Origin: Octopus vulgaris
Taxonomy: Eukaryota
Assembly: GCA_951406725.2 (NCBI GenBank)
Contig: OX597828.1
Location: 27,776,001-27,840,000 of the forward strand
Reading direction: 5' to 3'
Length of the DNA stretch: 64,000 bases
How positions within the stretch are numbered: the first letter of the stretch is position 1; every line of letters starts with the position of its first letter. Of the stretch, positions 1 to 12,720 are shown one piece after another. The notes beneath the pieces were generated by a model. It was given only the letters and a program-made list of their open reading frames with translations, was not told the DNA's origin and ran no database searches. The translations under genes and the position numbers were made by a program.

Positions 1-1077
1 CTGAGTTTAAATTCCGCCGAGGTCGACTTTGCCTTTCATCCTTTCGGGTCGATTAAATAAGTACAAGTTACGCACTGGGGTCAATATAATCGACTTAATC
101 CGTTTGCCTGTCCTTGTTTGTCCTCTCTGTGTTTAGCCCCTTGTGGGTAGTAAAGAAATAGATATTTCGTCTGTCGCTACGTTCTGAGTTCAAATTCCGC
201 CGAGGTCGACTTTGCCTTTCATCCTTTCGGGGTCGATTAAATAAGTACCAGTTACGCACTGGGGTCAATATAATCGACTTAATCCGTTTGCCTGTCCTTG
301 TTTGTCCTCTCTGTGTTTAGCCCCTTGTGGGTAGTAAAGAAATAGATATTTCGTCTGTCGCTACGTTCTGAGTTCAAATTCCGCCGAGGTCGACTTTGCC
401 TTTCATCCTTTCGGGGTCGATTAAATAAGTACAAGTTACGCACTGGGGTCAATATAATCGACTTAATCCGTTTGCCTGTCCTTGTTTGTCCCCTCTGTGT
501 TTAGCCCCTTGTGGGTAGTAAAGAAATAGATATTTCGTCTGTCGCTACGTTCTGAGTTCAAATTCCGCCGAGGTCGACTTTGCCTTTCATCCTTTCGGGG
601 TCGATTAAATAAGTACCAGTTACGCACTGGGGTCGATATAATCGACTTAATCCGTTTGTTTGTCCTTGTTTGTCCCCTCTGTGTTTAGCCCCTTGTGGGT
701 AGTAAAGAAATAGGTATTTCGTCTGCCGCTACGTTCTGAGTTCAAATTCCGCCGAGGTCGACTTTGCCTTTCATCCTTTCGGGGTCGATTAAATAAGTAC
801 AAGTTACGCACTGGGGTCGATATAATCGACTTAATCCGTTTGTCTGTCCTTTTTGTCCTCTCTGTGTTTAGCTCCTTATGGGTAGTAAAGAAATAGATAT
901 TTCGTCTGTCGCTACGTTCTGAGTTTAAATTCCGCCGAGGTCGAATTTGCCTTTCATCCTTTCGGGGTCGATTAAATAAGTACAAGTTACGCACTGGGGT
1001 CAATATAATCGACTTAATCCATTTGTCTGTCCTTGTTTGTCCCCTCTGTGTTTAGCCCCTTGTGAATAGTAAAGAAA
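1..1077 (+). repeat. Tandem array of ~5.9 x 183-184-bp units, each a 5'-truncated tRNA-derived SINE (runs off the left window edge)
   Basis: CTGAGTT(C/T)AAATTCCGCCG recurs at 1, 184, 368, 552, 736 and 919. The unit matches the SINE monomers at 12503 and 37018 minus their first ~50 nt. Confidence 0.95.
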
Positions 1078-1089
1078 TTTATATATGTC

Positions 1090-1266
1090 AATGAATTTGG
1101 AGACCAATGAAGAATTTAATAAAATATCTTTGCCATTATTGAGTTGGCGTTTGGAACATAAACTAACATGAAATCTTAATGGAAGGTTTTAATCTAGATA
1201 ATTCTATAGCAAGATGCTTGCATCATAGAACCAGAAGCATTCTTAGGTGGGTTGGTATTGAAAGGG
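1090..1266. mobile_element. Right-hand part of a piggyBac-type MITE (family of 3755-3975)
   Basis: Ends GGGTTGGTATTGAAAGGG; internal similarity to 3800-3975 (GAATTT..AAAATA, GGAACATAAA, GGAAGGTTTTAAT). Confidence 0.7.
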
Positions 1267-1564
1267 TTACATAAAGCCTGAATTTTAACTATTTCCACCC
1301 ATTATTCCTGCACAGTTTTTACTCTTATCATTCAAGAAGGAAGAAGTGAAAGTAAGAGAAGTCATGTGAAACTGGGACCGTAATTGAATTGTTTGATTTG
1401 CTTTATCGCAACTCATGTGCGATAAATACATTTCAATACAATTAACATTTCCTTTGTCTTTTAATATAAACTGACATTTACTTTGTCTCACATTGTCGTT
1501 CATTCATTTCTTATTTTTACCCCCCTCCCTTCCTCTCTGTCTCTCTCTCCCTCTTCTTTTCTTT

Positions 1565-1945
1565 CTTTTGCTTGCTTTTTGTTATTGAGCTGCAGTCATG
1601 TTGGGGCAGTCCCTTGAAGGGTTTAACCAAACAAACCAACCCCCACTACTTATATTTTTGTAAATCTGGTACTTAAATTACAGCAGTCTCTTTAACAAAA
1701 CTGCTACATTACAGGGATGTAAATGAACCAACATTGGTTGTCAAGTGATGTGGGGAGAGATGACAAACACACACACACACACACACACATATATACGACA
1801 GGTTTCACTCACTTTCCTTCTACCAAATTCACTCACAAGACACATTGCTCGGGCCATGGTAACAGTAGAAAACACTTGCCCAAGGTGTCACACAGTGGGA
1901 TTGAACTCCAAATCATGCAGTCACAAAGTGGGTTTCTTAACCACT
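1565..1945 (-). mobile_element. Diverged CORE-type tRNA-derived SINE
   Basis: Colinear with 8469-8887 (CTACCAAATTCACTCACAAG, CACTTGCCCAAGGTG, internal (CA)n). Confidence 0.8.
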
Positions 1946-3224
1946 TAGTTATGCTCACATCTTTTGATTTTCTTCTTGTTTTTTTTTGTTTTTTTTTTTC
2001 CAAAAATTCAGGAAACAAAAAATAAAATCTGATTTCATTTGGTTGTCCCCTATGTCCCCTATGTTGAATACATGTCACCTTTCATATGCTGCTGATGACA
2101 GTCCCTTTGGCTTTCCTATGTCTTCCTACGAAATAAAGTGTCTTAATATTTTATTTGAAGTTCTACTGTCACTAGAACAGTTATTTATAAATATGGAACA
2201 AGTTACCTCCATTTAACACTTTCCAAACAACAAAATTGTTTAATATTTCACTTTTGTGTTTGGTTTATAAGATTCTTAAAATGAACTCAATTGTTGAAGG
2301 AGACAGACTTAAAACAGACAGGGCTTGTCAATGACCAGGTTGCAAATGGTGACAAAAGGACGTTGATAGCCTTAGTTGATTGGTTGATTGACTGAAAAAT
2401 TAATCAAACAATCGATTAGTTAACTGGTTATATGGTCAACTGATTGACAAATAAAAAGATGAAGAAGTGAAATAGAACCAGTGCATGTGTTTATTATTGG
2501 CATAATGACCCTCCTGAGATACAACAAACATGTCATCATTTTTCTCTTTCACTTACATTGCAAAGAGAGGCATGAACTTCACAACTTTGCATTCCTTTTC
2601 TCTTGTGGCAATGTCAAAAAAAAAAAAAAAAAATCAATAATGTGCAATTACAAGGAATGGATTAATTTCTTCAGGCTTCTGTCTGGAAGTTTGGTGTAAT
2701 TTTTCATTTACAGTCTGTCATCTACATAACAACTTGATATTGCTTAACTGCAGTGATCTCATAAGAGTTCAAGAATTTATTATTATTACTATTATCATTA
2801 TTATTATTATTATTATTATTAGTATTTGTTGTTGCTGTTGCTGCTACTTGTAATATCTGGAACACTGCCAGTAATGTTTCATTAATTCATGTACAGCTGT
2901 AAATCTATACACATAGAGAAAAAAAAGTTATGCATGTCTACACTGATATAAATGCATTTTTTCGCATATTTATATAAAGCGTTACCAATGATTGAGTAGG
3001 TTTGGTAGTTGGGTGTCTTAGTTAAAAAAAAAATAAATAAATAAAAATCATGAATTTGTATTCCAATTTTGGTGTTTATGCTGTTTCTTGGGCCTTGGTG
3101 TTCTTCTGTCTCACTTACTTGACAGTGGAGTAGATAAGACAACTGAGTCAACAGTGACTTAGAGATCAAGTGTTGAACTAACTGGAAACTGACAAATAGT
3201 TAGGTGATTAATCTTCATCATCAT

Positions 3225-3569
3225 CATCCTCATCCTCATCATTTTATGGACGTTTTCCTTTGCTGGCTTCGGTGAGATGGATCTCACAGTGTTCATCCTC
3301 ATCCTCACCATTTTATGGACGTTTTCCTTTGCTGGCTTAGGTGAGATGGATCTCACAGTGTTCATCCTCATCCTCACCATTTTATGGACGTTTTCCTTTG
3401 CTGGCTTAGGTGAGATGGATCTCACAGTGTTCATCCTCATCCTCACCATTTTATGGACGTTTTCCTTTGCTGGCTTAGGTGAGATGGATCTCACAGTGTT
3501 CATCCTCATCCTCACCATTTTATGGACGTTTTCCTTTGCTGGCTTAGGTGAGATGGATCTCACAGTGTT
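3225..3569. repeat. Minisatellite, 5 x 69 bp, near-identical units
   Basis: Unit CATCCTCATCCTCACCATTTTATGGACGTTTTCC...CACAGTGTT with a 69-bp period; produces the repetitive ORFs at 3159-3579. Confidence 0.95.
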
Positions 3570-3754
3570 CGAAGGATAATGTTTATAGCTGGATGCCTTT
3601 CATATAAACAACTATTTTACTACATGGATTTGAGGTATTTTTATTTTGCCATTGGTTGTGGCTATGGTTGTGCTGACACAACCAAAGGGTCCCTTCTGAT
3701 CTGTATTAGTATTTTCTTTGTAATTCATTTAATTCAAAGTTTTTGTTCTCTTAA

Positions 3755-3975
3755 CCCTTTCGTTACTGTATTTATTTTAAGATGCTCTGTGTTTCTTTCA
3801 GTTGATTTTAAATATAACAAAGAATTTAGTAAAATAACTTGGTTATCATTAAGCTAGTGTTAGGAACATAAATTGTGACTAAGGTTTGGTGGAAGGTTTT
3901 AATTCAAAACTTATGAAAACAAGGCATTTGTATTCAGAGCCAGAACTGGTTTCAGCCGGGTTGGTAATGAAAGGG
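3755..3975. mobile_element. piggyBac-type MITE
   Basis: TTAA|CCCTTTCGTTAC ... GTAATGAAAGGG|TTAA: CCC/GGG termini, short TIR, TTAA target duplication. Confidence 0.85.
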
Positions 3976-4329
3976 TTAAACAAGTTGCTTGCATGCAGTT
4001 TTTGAAATCCATGTTACTCAATTTTCCAGCATACACATCAATGTATTATTTAGTATAACATGTTTTTAGCATAGACATGTTTTTTCATGAAAGACTGGAA
4101 ACAAACATGTATTATGGTGATGCCCATTTATAACCATCATTTGATGTCAGGGTACACACACATACACACACACACACACACTCATATATGGCCTGTCTAC
4201 CAAATCTACTCACAAGATTTTCTTTGGCTCCAGTTGAAAACACTTTTCAAAAGTGCTGTGCAGTGGGACTGAACCCAGATCTCGTGGTTGGCTCCAGTCC
4301 AATGACTGAAACAAGTAATAGAATAAAAG

Positions 4330-4365
<36 letters not shown>

Positions 4366-4389
4366 ATACACACATCTAATGATAAGCAT

Positions 4390-4467
4390 ATGAAAAGGGG
4401 TCCATGGGAAAACTCATTTAAATAAAAGGGTTGGGACCCACAAGTGTGGAAAGGTTGGGAAGCACTG
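4390..4467. mobile_element. One end of a hAT-Charlie-like MITE
   Basis: Ends AAAGGTTGGGAAGCACTG, similar to the terminus of 57319-57537; other end not found. Confidence 0.5.
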
Positions 4468-4591
4468 GTCTATATGCTTGTCTCTTGTGGATTCCACTTG
4501 TAACAGTTTTTCATGTCCCACATCCATTTTAGCCATGTTAACATTGGTAGAGTTTATGCTTGAGAAGTACCTGCCATATTTATCTCTGATC

Positions 4592-5010
4592 CTTTTACTT
4601 GATTCAGTCATTGGACTGCAGCCATGCTGGGGCTCTGCACTGAAGGGTTTTAGTCAAATAAATTCACTTAGGTTTTTATATTTTAAAGTCTGGTACTTAT
4701 TGTATTGGTTTCTTTTGCTGAACTGCTAAGTCACTGGGGCATTAACAAACCAACATCAGTTGTCAAGTAGTCATGTGGACGGAGACACAAGAACAAAGAC
4801 ACACACACACACACACACACATACACACTCACATGTGCACACACATATGATAGGCTTCCACATAGTTTCCATCTACCAAATTCACTCTCAAAATAGTAGT
4901 CAACCACAGGCTATAGAAAACACTTCCTTGAGGTGCTGTGCAATGGGACTGAACCCAAAACTACATGAGTGAAAAGTTAGATTCTTAACCACACAGCCAT
5001 GTCTGTGCCT
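4592..5010 (-). mobile_element. CORE-type tRNA-derived SINE, full length, diverged
   Basis: TTACTTGATTCAGTCATTGGACTGCAGCCATGCTG through CCACACAGCCATG; colinear with 8469-8887. Confidence 0.85.
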
Positions 5011-5668
5011 TCACCAATTTTTTGTTGTTGTTGTTTTTTTTTGTGTGTGTGTGTGTGTGTAATTTCTTGAAGATACAATTTTACGTTTCAAAAAGTTTAT
5101 TTTCTGTGAAGGATTTTATCACTTGCATGTGTTTGTATGTCTGTATGTGCATAAGTGTGTGTGTGTGTGTGTGTATCTATATGTGTGTGTGTGCCTGTCA
5201 GATGTGTGGTTTGATTTTTTTTTTTTTGTAAATGGTTTTACTTATGCAGTTGTAGTAGTCTTTGATTTCTTTTCAACAAACTCTAAGGAAATGAAATGAT
5301 CCACTGTGTTTTGCTGTTATTTTTTTTCGTTTTCCCAAAATTTTTCCTTAATTTTGCACAATATTTTTTTGTAAAGTACCATAAAATATTAAAACAATAC
5401 ATAAGAGAGCTTTCGTTAAATACTGTTTGAAACAGATATCAGTTGTTTCCCATACAACCTGTTTAATAAGGTAACAATAACAGAGAGAGAGAGAGAGAGA
5501 GAAAGAGAGTGGGGGAAGGAGGGAGGTAAAAAAAAAGAAGCCACTTAACGAAACAAGAATCAGACGGTTGATCTAGAGCGCACCATTTTGTTAACGATGG
5601 CAGAAGAGTTAGATTATGTTGTTGAGAAAAAGATATACAACAGGTTGTAAATAAGGTGAGAGAAAATG

Positions 5669-5714
<46 letters not shown>

Positions 5715-6329
5715 CAGAATCAAAGAACACTGAAACATCTGGAAAAATATCTTCAGGGAGTTTCTGTGGAACCATTATTTTATCAGATAAGCTTATACTA
5801 GTGGTAAATATAAACGTTTAAGACAGAAGCTATTTTATGAATGTTTGCGTACATTCTTGTCAGCCTCTTTTATTTTATATATTTATCATTATTAGTATTA
5901 TTATTTTTTTTTTGGTATTTTGTGGTTCTTGATGCTATTGTTGCTGTTGTTCTCTCACATCTCTGCGAAGAAACATTCGTAGTAAAACACCTTTGCAAGA
6001 GAGAAGAATACAAACAAAACTTTTTTCCAAATTTCTTCCCAATGCAATTAACACTGGCATCGGTGTCAGACACGATGCTTAGAACTGTTGAATACAGATC
6101 GTCAGACTGATCAATTTAATTTCTTTCAATTATTTCTTCACCTTTTCATAGACTTTCTTTAAAAGAAAAAAGTAAACACAACTTCAAATGATGACAAAAA
6201 AATTAAATTAAAATAAACCACGGGAAAACTAGAAAGAAAGGGAGATGGATAGAATGGTTAACGAATATATATTTTGACATCATTTCTATATTTCTCTTTT
6301 GTTTTCTCACATGCATCTATGTATCTTTA

Positions 6330-6456
6330 AATGTTTACATATATATATATATATGTATATGAGTATATATATATAAATATGTGTGTGTATATATATATAT
6401 ATCTATATATATATTGTATGTGTGTGTGTAAGGGTATATATATATTATATGTGGGC

Positions 6457-6503
<47 letters not shown>

Positions 6504-7030
6504 GGTGTGTGTATATATATATATTATATACATGTATATATATATGTATGTGTGTATATCTATGTACACATATATATATTATGTGTGTATGTATATATAT
6601 ATATATATATATTATGTGTGTATATATATACATAAATATATATATATATATTGTGTGTATATATATATAAACATATATATATTATGTCTGTATGTGCATA
6701 CATATATATATATTTCGTGTGTGTATATATATATTCATATATCTATATATATATTCATATATCTATATTCATATGCATATATATATGTGTGTATTTATTT
6801 TGTATATGTGTGTCTGTATTATATACTTTATATATATATATTTTATATTCATATACATTGAACACATCTGTATATACAGACATGAATTCATATATGATTA
6901 TATATATACACACACACACAAACACACATACATATGCATACATTTATTATTTATATATGTATCTTACACTTACATATATCTACATATATGCACACACATG
7001 TACACACGAGCGTGCACCTGTGCATGCATG
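6330..7030. repeat. Degenerate (TA)n/(TG)n/(CA)n microsatellite block
   Basis: Alternating purine-pyrimidine runs visible directly. Confidence 0.95.
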
Positions 7031-7485
7031 TTTTATATTTAATGATAGATTTTTCTCTTTTATAAATGTTATCATACATATTTTCCCCTTCAATTTCTAT
7101 GGTCTATTGTATATTGATTCATTCACACATGTACTTATTCATATAGTAACATTTCAATACATATAAACAATACATATAAACAAGCTGAATACATATTCAA
7201 TACATATAAACAAGCACATCATTCCTTTTATCTTGTCCTTAAACAGTTTGATTGTGTTTTGTGTTTTTAAGCTCAAGTGAAAAATTGAACTCAATTCATT
7301 GCAGTTTGTGTCTCAGCAACAACATAACCAGATTATATGAACTGTTGTTTGTGCATTTCTATAATATTTTCTGTTATTCTTCTGTTATTTTTTCCCAAAT
7401 CATTTTTATTATTATTTTTCTTGATAATTTTCCTCCTGTAGGATTTTCCGTTTAGGAGAAATTCTTCCTGATATAGCATATTATG

Positions 7486-7542
<57 letters not shown>

Positions 7543-7929
7543 AAAGATATATTTATTTCATCCTGCTTAATACAGTGCAACAGTTTCCTTATTTGTGTAC
7601 TATTTTGATGAAGGGCAGGTAATGGTTTTTGATTTGGGGTTGTCTGTTCTAGTTCTTTCATCATTATCACCATCATTTTAATATCCAATTTTCCATGTTT
7701 GCATATAACAAATGAAATTTTTTGAGGCAGAGTTTCTGCACCTAGATGCCTTTTCTGTCATGTATGTTTCTCTATTTATTTATTTTGTTGTTAAAAAAAA
7801 ATGCTTATTTTCTATGATTTTGTTTTTTATGTTCTCGTTTCTCATTTTGTTCACATTTTTTTGATGTCCTGTATCCATATATACATGTATATATACATAT
7901 ATATGTCGGTATGTACATATATGTATGTA

Positions 7930-8084
7930 GTGGTTGGCGTTAGGAAGGGCATCCAGCTGTAGAAACATTGCCAGATAAGACCGGAGCCTGGTGCAGCCTT
8001 CTGGCTTCCCAGATCCCCGGTCGAACCGTCCAACCCATGCTAGCATGGAGAACGGACGTTAAACGATGATGATGATGATGATGA
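7930..8084 (+). mobile_element. 3' part of a (GAT)n-tailed retroposon (SINE or LINE 3' end)
   Basis: GGCGTTAGGAAGGGCATCCAGC...GGACGTTAAAC(GAT)n; same family as 10220, 42100 and 47463. Orientation inferred from the tail. Confidence 0.8.
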
Positions 8085-8174
8085 TATATATATATATATA
8101 TATTGGTAAAAACGGTAAGCTAACAAAAGAAAGAAAGAGACCTCAATATTATGTAAATAGAAGAATGTATCTGT

Positions 8175-8257
8175 AAAATAATATGTGACAATTATTCACT
8201 AGCCAAGATAAAACTGAGTTTTATTTTGGCTACTGAATAATTGTCACATATTATTTT
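8175..8257. repeat. Near-perfect palindrome, 40-bp arms, 3-nt spacer
   Basis: AAAATAATATGTGACAATTATTCACTAGCCAAGATAAAAC-TGA-reverse complement, 2 mismatches. Confidence 0.95.
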
Positions 8258-8468
8258 GTATATATATATATATATAAATGCACGAAATGAGGAGTAGATT
8301 GACAACTGATAAAGGGTCATTCTTTGTGTTACTTGTCCTGTTTTCAATTTTTTCTCTTGTTTTTTGCGTATATAACTTGTTTTCATACTTCATGTTGTTT
8401 ACAGTTGGTGACGTCCTGTACCCATACACACACACACACACATATATATATATTATTTATTAATATAT

Positions 8469-8887
8469 TACTCTTTACTCTCTTTTACTTGTTTCAGTCA
8501 TTTGACTGCGGCCATGCTGGAGCACCGCCTTTAGTCGAGCAAATCGATCCCAGTACTTATTCTATCGGTCTCTTTTGCCGAACCACTAAGTGACGGGGAC
8601 GTAAACACACCACCATCGGTTGTCAAGCAATGCTAGGGGGACAAACACAGACACACAAACATGTACACACACACATACACACACACATACACACACACAC
8701 ACATATACACATTTATATATATACGACAGGCTTCTTTCGATTTCCGTCTACCAAATCCACTCACAAGGCTTTGGTCGGCCCGAGGCTATAGCAGAAGACA
8801 CTTGCCCAAGATGCCACACAGTGGTACTGAACCCGGAACCATGTGGTTCGTTAGCAAGCTACTTACCACACAGCCACTCCTGCGCCT
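8469..8887 (-). mobile_element. CORE-type tRNA-derived SINE, well-conserved full-length copy
   Basis: Minus strand starts AGGCGCAGGAGTGGCTGTGTGG (box A-like), GGTTCAGT (box B-like), CTTGGGCAAGTG (CORE-like), internal (TG)n, tail GACTGAAACAAGTAAAAGAG. Confidence 0.9.
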
Positions 8888-10219
8888 ATATATAATTTAT
8901 ATATATATATATATATTATATATATATATAAATGAATTAATATATATATTATATATTATATATATATATTATTTATATATATATATATGTTAATATATAT
9001 ATTATATCTGTATATATATATGTATATATATAATATATGTGTGATTGTGTGTGTGTGTAGATAGAAACTATGAAGATTGTTAGGAAATAGCTTTCAAAAC
9101 ATGAATTCACTGAGCAAAGAAAGGAAGGCATGATGGATGTCATAAAATGGCTGCATTAGTTCAGAAACAAGAAGCTATTACTTTCATGAACTTGAGAATG
9201 TTTTAACACTCTCTGTATGAGCAACACAGAATTTTAAATACATTCCCTTCAAAATGATTCCCCACCACTTTCTTTTTTTTTTTTTTTTTTTTTTTACTAT
9301 AAAATATCAAAAAATGAAGAATACAAAAATAAAAAAATCTCGACTGCGATATGTTACAGAAATAAAATTAAACTTATCTATTCTTACAGTTTACTTTGTT
9401 TCCAATTAATGAAATACTGCAAAATAATCATATATATTTTATTGGATACAGATTAGAAATTAAGAACTGAGTTTGTATTGGATATTTTCCAAATCACTGG
9501 CTATGTATGTTACTTTCTTGTTATGATGTATGTGTTTTTGATGTTAGGGGGTTTTTCTTTTGAAAAAAATGGAAAGTTTGCGAGAAGTATAAATTAGTTT
9601 CCATCATTATAACACTCATAATTCATTTTCCATTTCTATTTTCATTTTTTTTATACAAGAAATCAAGAAATACACACTCTTTTACTCTCTTACTTGTTTC
9701 AGTCATTGGATTGCAACCATACTGCAGCACCATCAGAAAACGTTTTAGCTGATTGTGCCAACATCTCGTGCCAACAGATATTTCAAATTATGCATTAGAA
9801 ACAGCTGTTTCTATTGCATAATTTGAAGTTTATTCTGCATATGCAGCACCTTTGAAAAATTGTGTATTTTATTCGCTATCTCTACCAGCTTCAGACTAGT
9901 TTGATTTCATTTCAAAAGTGATATGAGTCTATGACATTGAGAAAGTACAGAAACAGCAACATAGATACGCCTTGCTCTCATGCTTACTTCTGGGACAATT
10001 TCAGTTGACGTAGCTCTAAAGTATGTCTTTTAACACAAAGGGACTTTTCCTGGATGAAAACCACAACTTCTGGCCTTTCAACTACACACATACATTAAGT
10101 ATGTGATATGATAATTTCTTTTACTTTAGAGATGTTTCTATTACATAATTTGAATGTGTGTTTGTGTGTGTGTGAGTATATACACAATTATTTGAATGTT
10201 GCAGTTATATCATGTACAA

Positions 10220-10562
10220 TGCCAGTGCCGCCCCGACTGGCTCCTGTGCCGGTGGCACATAAAAAGACTATCCGAACGTTGCCAGCGCTGCCTTGGCTGG
10301 CTTCCGTGCCGCTGGCACGTTAAAAGCTCCAACCGATCGTGACCGATGCCGGAGCCCCCCTGGCACCTGTGCAGGTGGCACGTAAAAAGCACCCACTACA
10401 CTCGCGGAGTGGTTGGCGTTAGGAAGGGCATCCAGCCGTAGAAACTCTGCCAGATCAGACTGGAGCCTGGAGCAGCCCCTGGCTTCCCAGACCCCGGTCG
10501 AACCGTCCAACCCGTGCTAGCGCGGAAAACGGACGTTAAACGATGATGATGATGATGATGAT
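10220..10562 (+). mobile_element. (GAT)n-tailed retroposon with internal ~60-bp tandem repeats
   Basis: Repeated GTGCCGGTGGCACGTAAAA motif, then the same body as 7930-8084. Confidence 0.85.
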
Positions 10563-10967
10563 GTATGCTGGCAAAAGCTGTTGTATACCTGTTGCATCCA
10601 AACATAGACACCTTGATGTATTCATTCCCCTGCACGTCCTTTAGTCTCTCTTTCGTTTGTCACTTTCAGTATCAGAAGGACAAGCAAGCAGGTAATTGTC
10701 CCATTGGAATCCTATAACTCAGAACATTGTTACTCAAAAATTCATGATCTTCAGAGGGGGGTGGGGGACACGAAGATTGAATACTCCACATATATATATA
10801 TATATATATATACATCAAGCTTTATCTCTCCAAGAACAAAAAATATTGTCAGTATTACTGTTCATCATGTCTAAGCTACCATTTGTCTTTAATTCCTGCT
10901 AAATTTATTATAAAACAGAGATTATATAATCATATGTTCAAATTATCAGATTTCAATTCTTCATTGT

Positions 10968-11130
10968 AGGTGCAGGCATGGAGGGGCGGTTAAAAAGATT
11001 ACTTACCATACACACCATTTCAGGTTCACTGCTACTGTATGACACCTTGGACAAGTGTCTTCTACTTTAACCCTCGGCTGACCAAAGCTTTGTAAGTGGA
11101 TTTGTAGACAGAGATTGAAAGAAGCCCATC
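10968..11130 (+). mobile_element. 5' half of a CORE-type SINE
   Basis: AGGTGCAGGCATG...ACCTTGGACAAGTGTCTTCTACT...GAAAGAAGCCC. Confidence 0.75.
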
Positions 11131-11423
11131 ATGTATATATATATATATATATATATTAAGTTAAGTGTCTTGCTCAAGAACACAACCCACAGCCTGGTCT
11201 GGGAATTAAACTTATAGCTTCACGATTGTAAGCATGATACTATGACCACTGTATCAGCATTTGCCTTTCCCTTGGACAACATCTGTGGCACAGAGGAGAG
11301 ACTGGTATGAATGCCGGTGACTGCCGGTCTTCCACAAACAACCTTGCCCAGACTTGTGCCTTAGAGGGGAACTTTCTAGGTGCAATCCCATGGTCATTTG
11401 TAACCAAAGGAGCTTTTTTTTCC

Positions 11424-11478
<55 letters not shown>

Positions 11479-11807
11479 TGTATGTATGTATATCATCAGT
11501 GCACATGCACACACTCATATATATATATATGAAATTATCATTGTTTAACATCCATGGGTCAAACAGAATTTGTTGAGGCAAATTTTTTATGGCTTGATGC
11601 CTATCCTGTCACCAATCCTCACTTGTTTCCAAGCAAGATGGTTTATTTCTTCCATGCTTGAACATATTTTCATGAAAAATTGGAAATGAACTCCACCCCC
11701 TTGCTTGACAGTTATGCTTGCTAACTGCCACCACATAATGGCAAGACATGGTGCACACAGGCTCACGTATGTATGCATATATATACATACATACAATTAT
11801 ATTCAAT

Positions 11808-11968
11808 GGGCTTCTTTCAGTTTGTGTCTACCTAATCCAATCACAAGGCTTTGGTGAACCCAAGGTTATATAAGGGACATTTGCTCAGTGTGCCTTGCAG
11901 TGGAACTGAACCCAAGATTTACATGGTTGGGAAGCAAACTTCTCAACCACACAGCCATACTTGCACCT
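11808..11968 (-). mobile_element. 5' half of a CORE-type SINE
   Basis: GGGCTTCTTTCAG...CCACACAGCCATACTTGCACCT. Confidence 0.75.
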
Positions 11969-12236
11969 ATACATATACATCTTTACACACACACACACAC
12001 ACATACTGTTTTGAGAAAACATTCCTTTGCAAATAAGTCTTACTTTCTGAATGAAATATAACTAAGTCCAGAATGGTTACATATTACCATCGTTTCTTAA
12101 GGAAAACACTTGAAAATTGAGATAGCATTGATTAAATGAACAACTGAGATAGCATTGGAAATCCACAACTAAGAAGGGCATTATTCAATCCATCAATGTA
12201 GTATGGAGTGTTGATTGTCACTATCTATCTATCTCC

Positions 12237-12282
<46 letters not shown>

Positions 12283-12286
<4 letters not shown>

Positions 12287-12475
12287 AGAGTTTACAAAAA
12301 AACAGAAGTCGAAGAAAGGTGGTGTACAAAACAATCAGATGTATTAGTATAACACTCAGGAATAGAAAAAGTCTTTTAAGTTTTGGGCCTACGCTCTTCT
12401 ACAGAAAGGGACACAGAAAAAAAAAACAAAGAGAGAAACAAGGAGAGAAAAATAATGTGTGTAGTGGCTATAAGA
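12283..12475 (-). mobile_element. Short TA-microsatellite-embedded element with a decayed minimal hammerhead (12373-12408), probably a Penelope-like terminal repeat
   Basis: Minus strand CTTT-CTGTAGA-A-GAGC-GTAG-GCCC-AAAA-CT-TA-AAAG; same layout as 47943-47977; related to 17582-17690. Confidence 0.55.
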
Positions 12476-12502
12476 TGTATATATATGTATATTAAAGTTA
12501 AA

Positions 12503-12720
12503 GGCGGTGAGCTGGCAGAAACGTTAGCACGCCGGGCGAAATGCGTAGCCGTATTTCGTCTGTCGTTACGTTCTGAGTTCAAATTTCGCTGAGGTCGACT
12601 TTGCCTTTCATCATTTCGGGGTCAATAAATAAAGTACCAGTTACGCACTGTGGTTGATGTAATCGACTTAATCCCTTTGTCTGTCCTTGTTTGTCCCCTC
12701 TATGTTTAGCCCCTTGTGGG
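12503..12720 (+). mobile_element. tRNA-headed SINE monomer (central GCCTTTCATCCTTTCGGGGTCGATAAA block, recalled as Meta-domain-like)
   Basis: GGCGGTGAGCTGGCAGAAACG head, box B GAGTTCAAAT; closely similar to 37018-37247. Confidence 0.85.

Noticed and set aside
1-1077. CRISPR array or hammerhead retrozyme interpretation of the tandem repeat
   Set aside because: No unique spacers, and no CTGANGA...GAAA core found on either strand of the unit.
2372-2420. Pre-miRNA-like hairpin
   Set aside because: Built from degenerate (GATT)/(AATC) simple repeats; no match to a miRNA I recognise.
3159-3579. Repetitive membrane-protein-like ORFs
   Set aside because: A by-product of a 69-bp minisatellite whose period is divisible by three.
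5870-6110. Unique-looking segment with short ORFs and a small hairpin at 6057-6078
   Set aside because: No recognisable domain, splice pair or RNA family.
8295-8425. CTGATAAAGGG start of a possible hammerhead in a TA-embedded insert (related tail at 7790-7875)
   Set aside because: The core is mutated and no matching stem II plus GAAA follows.
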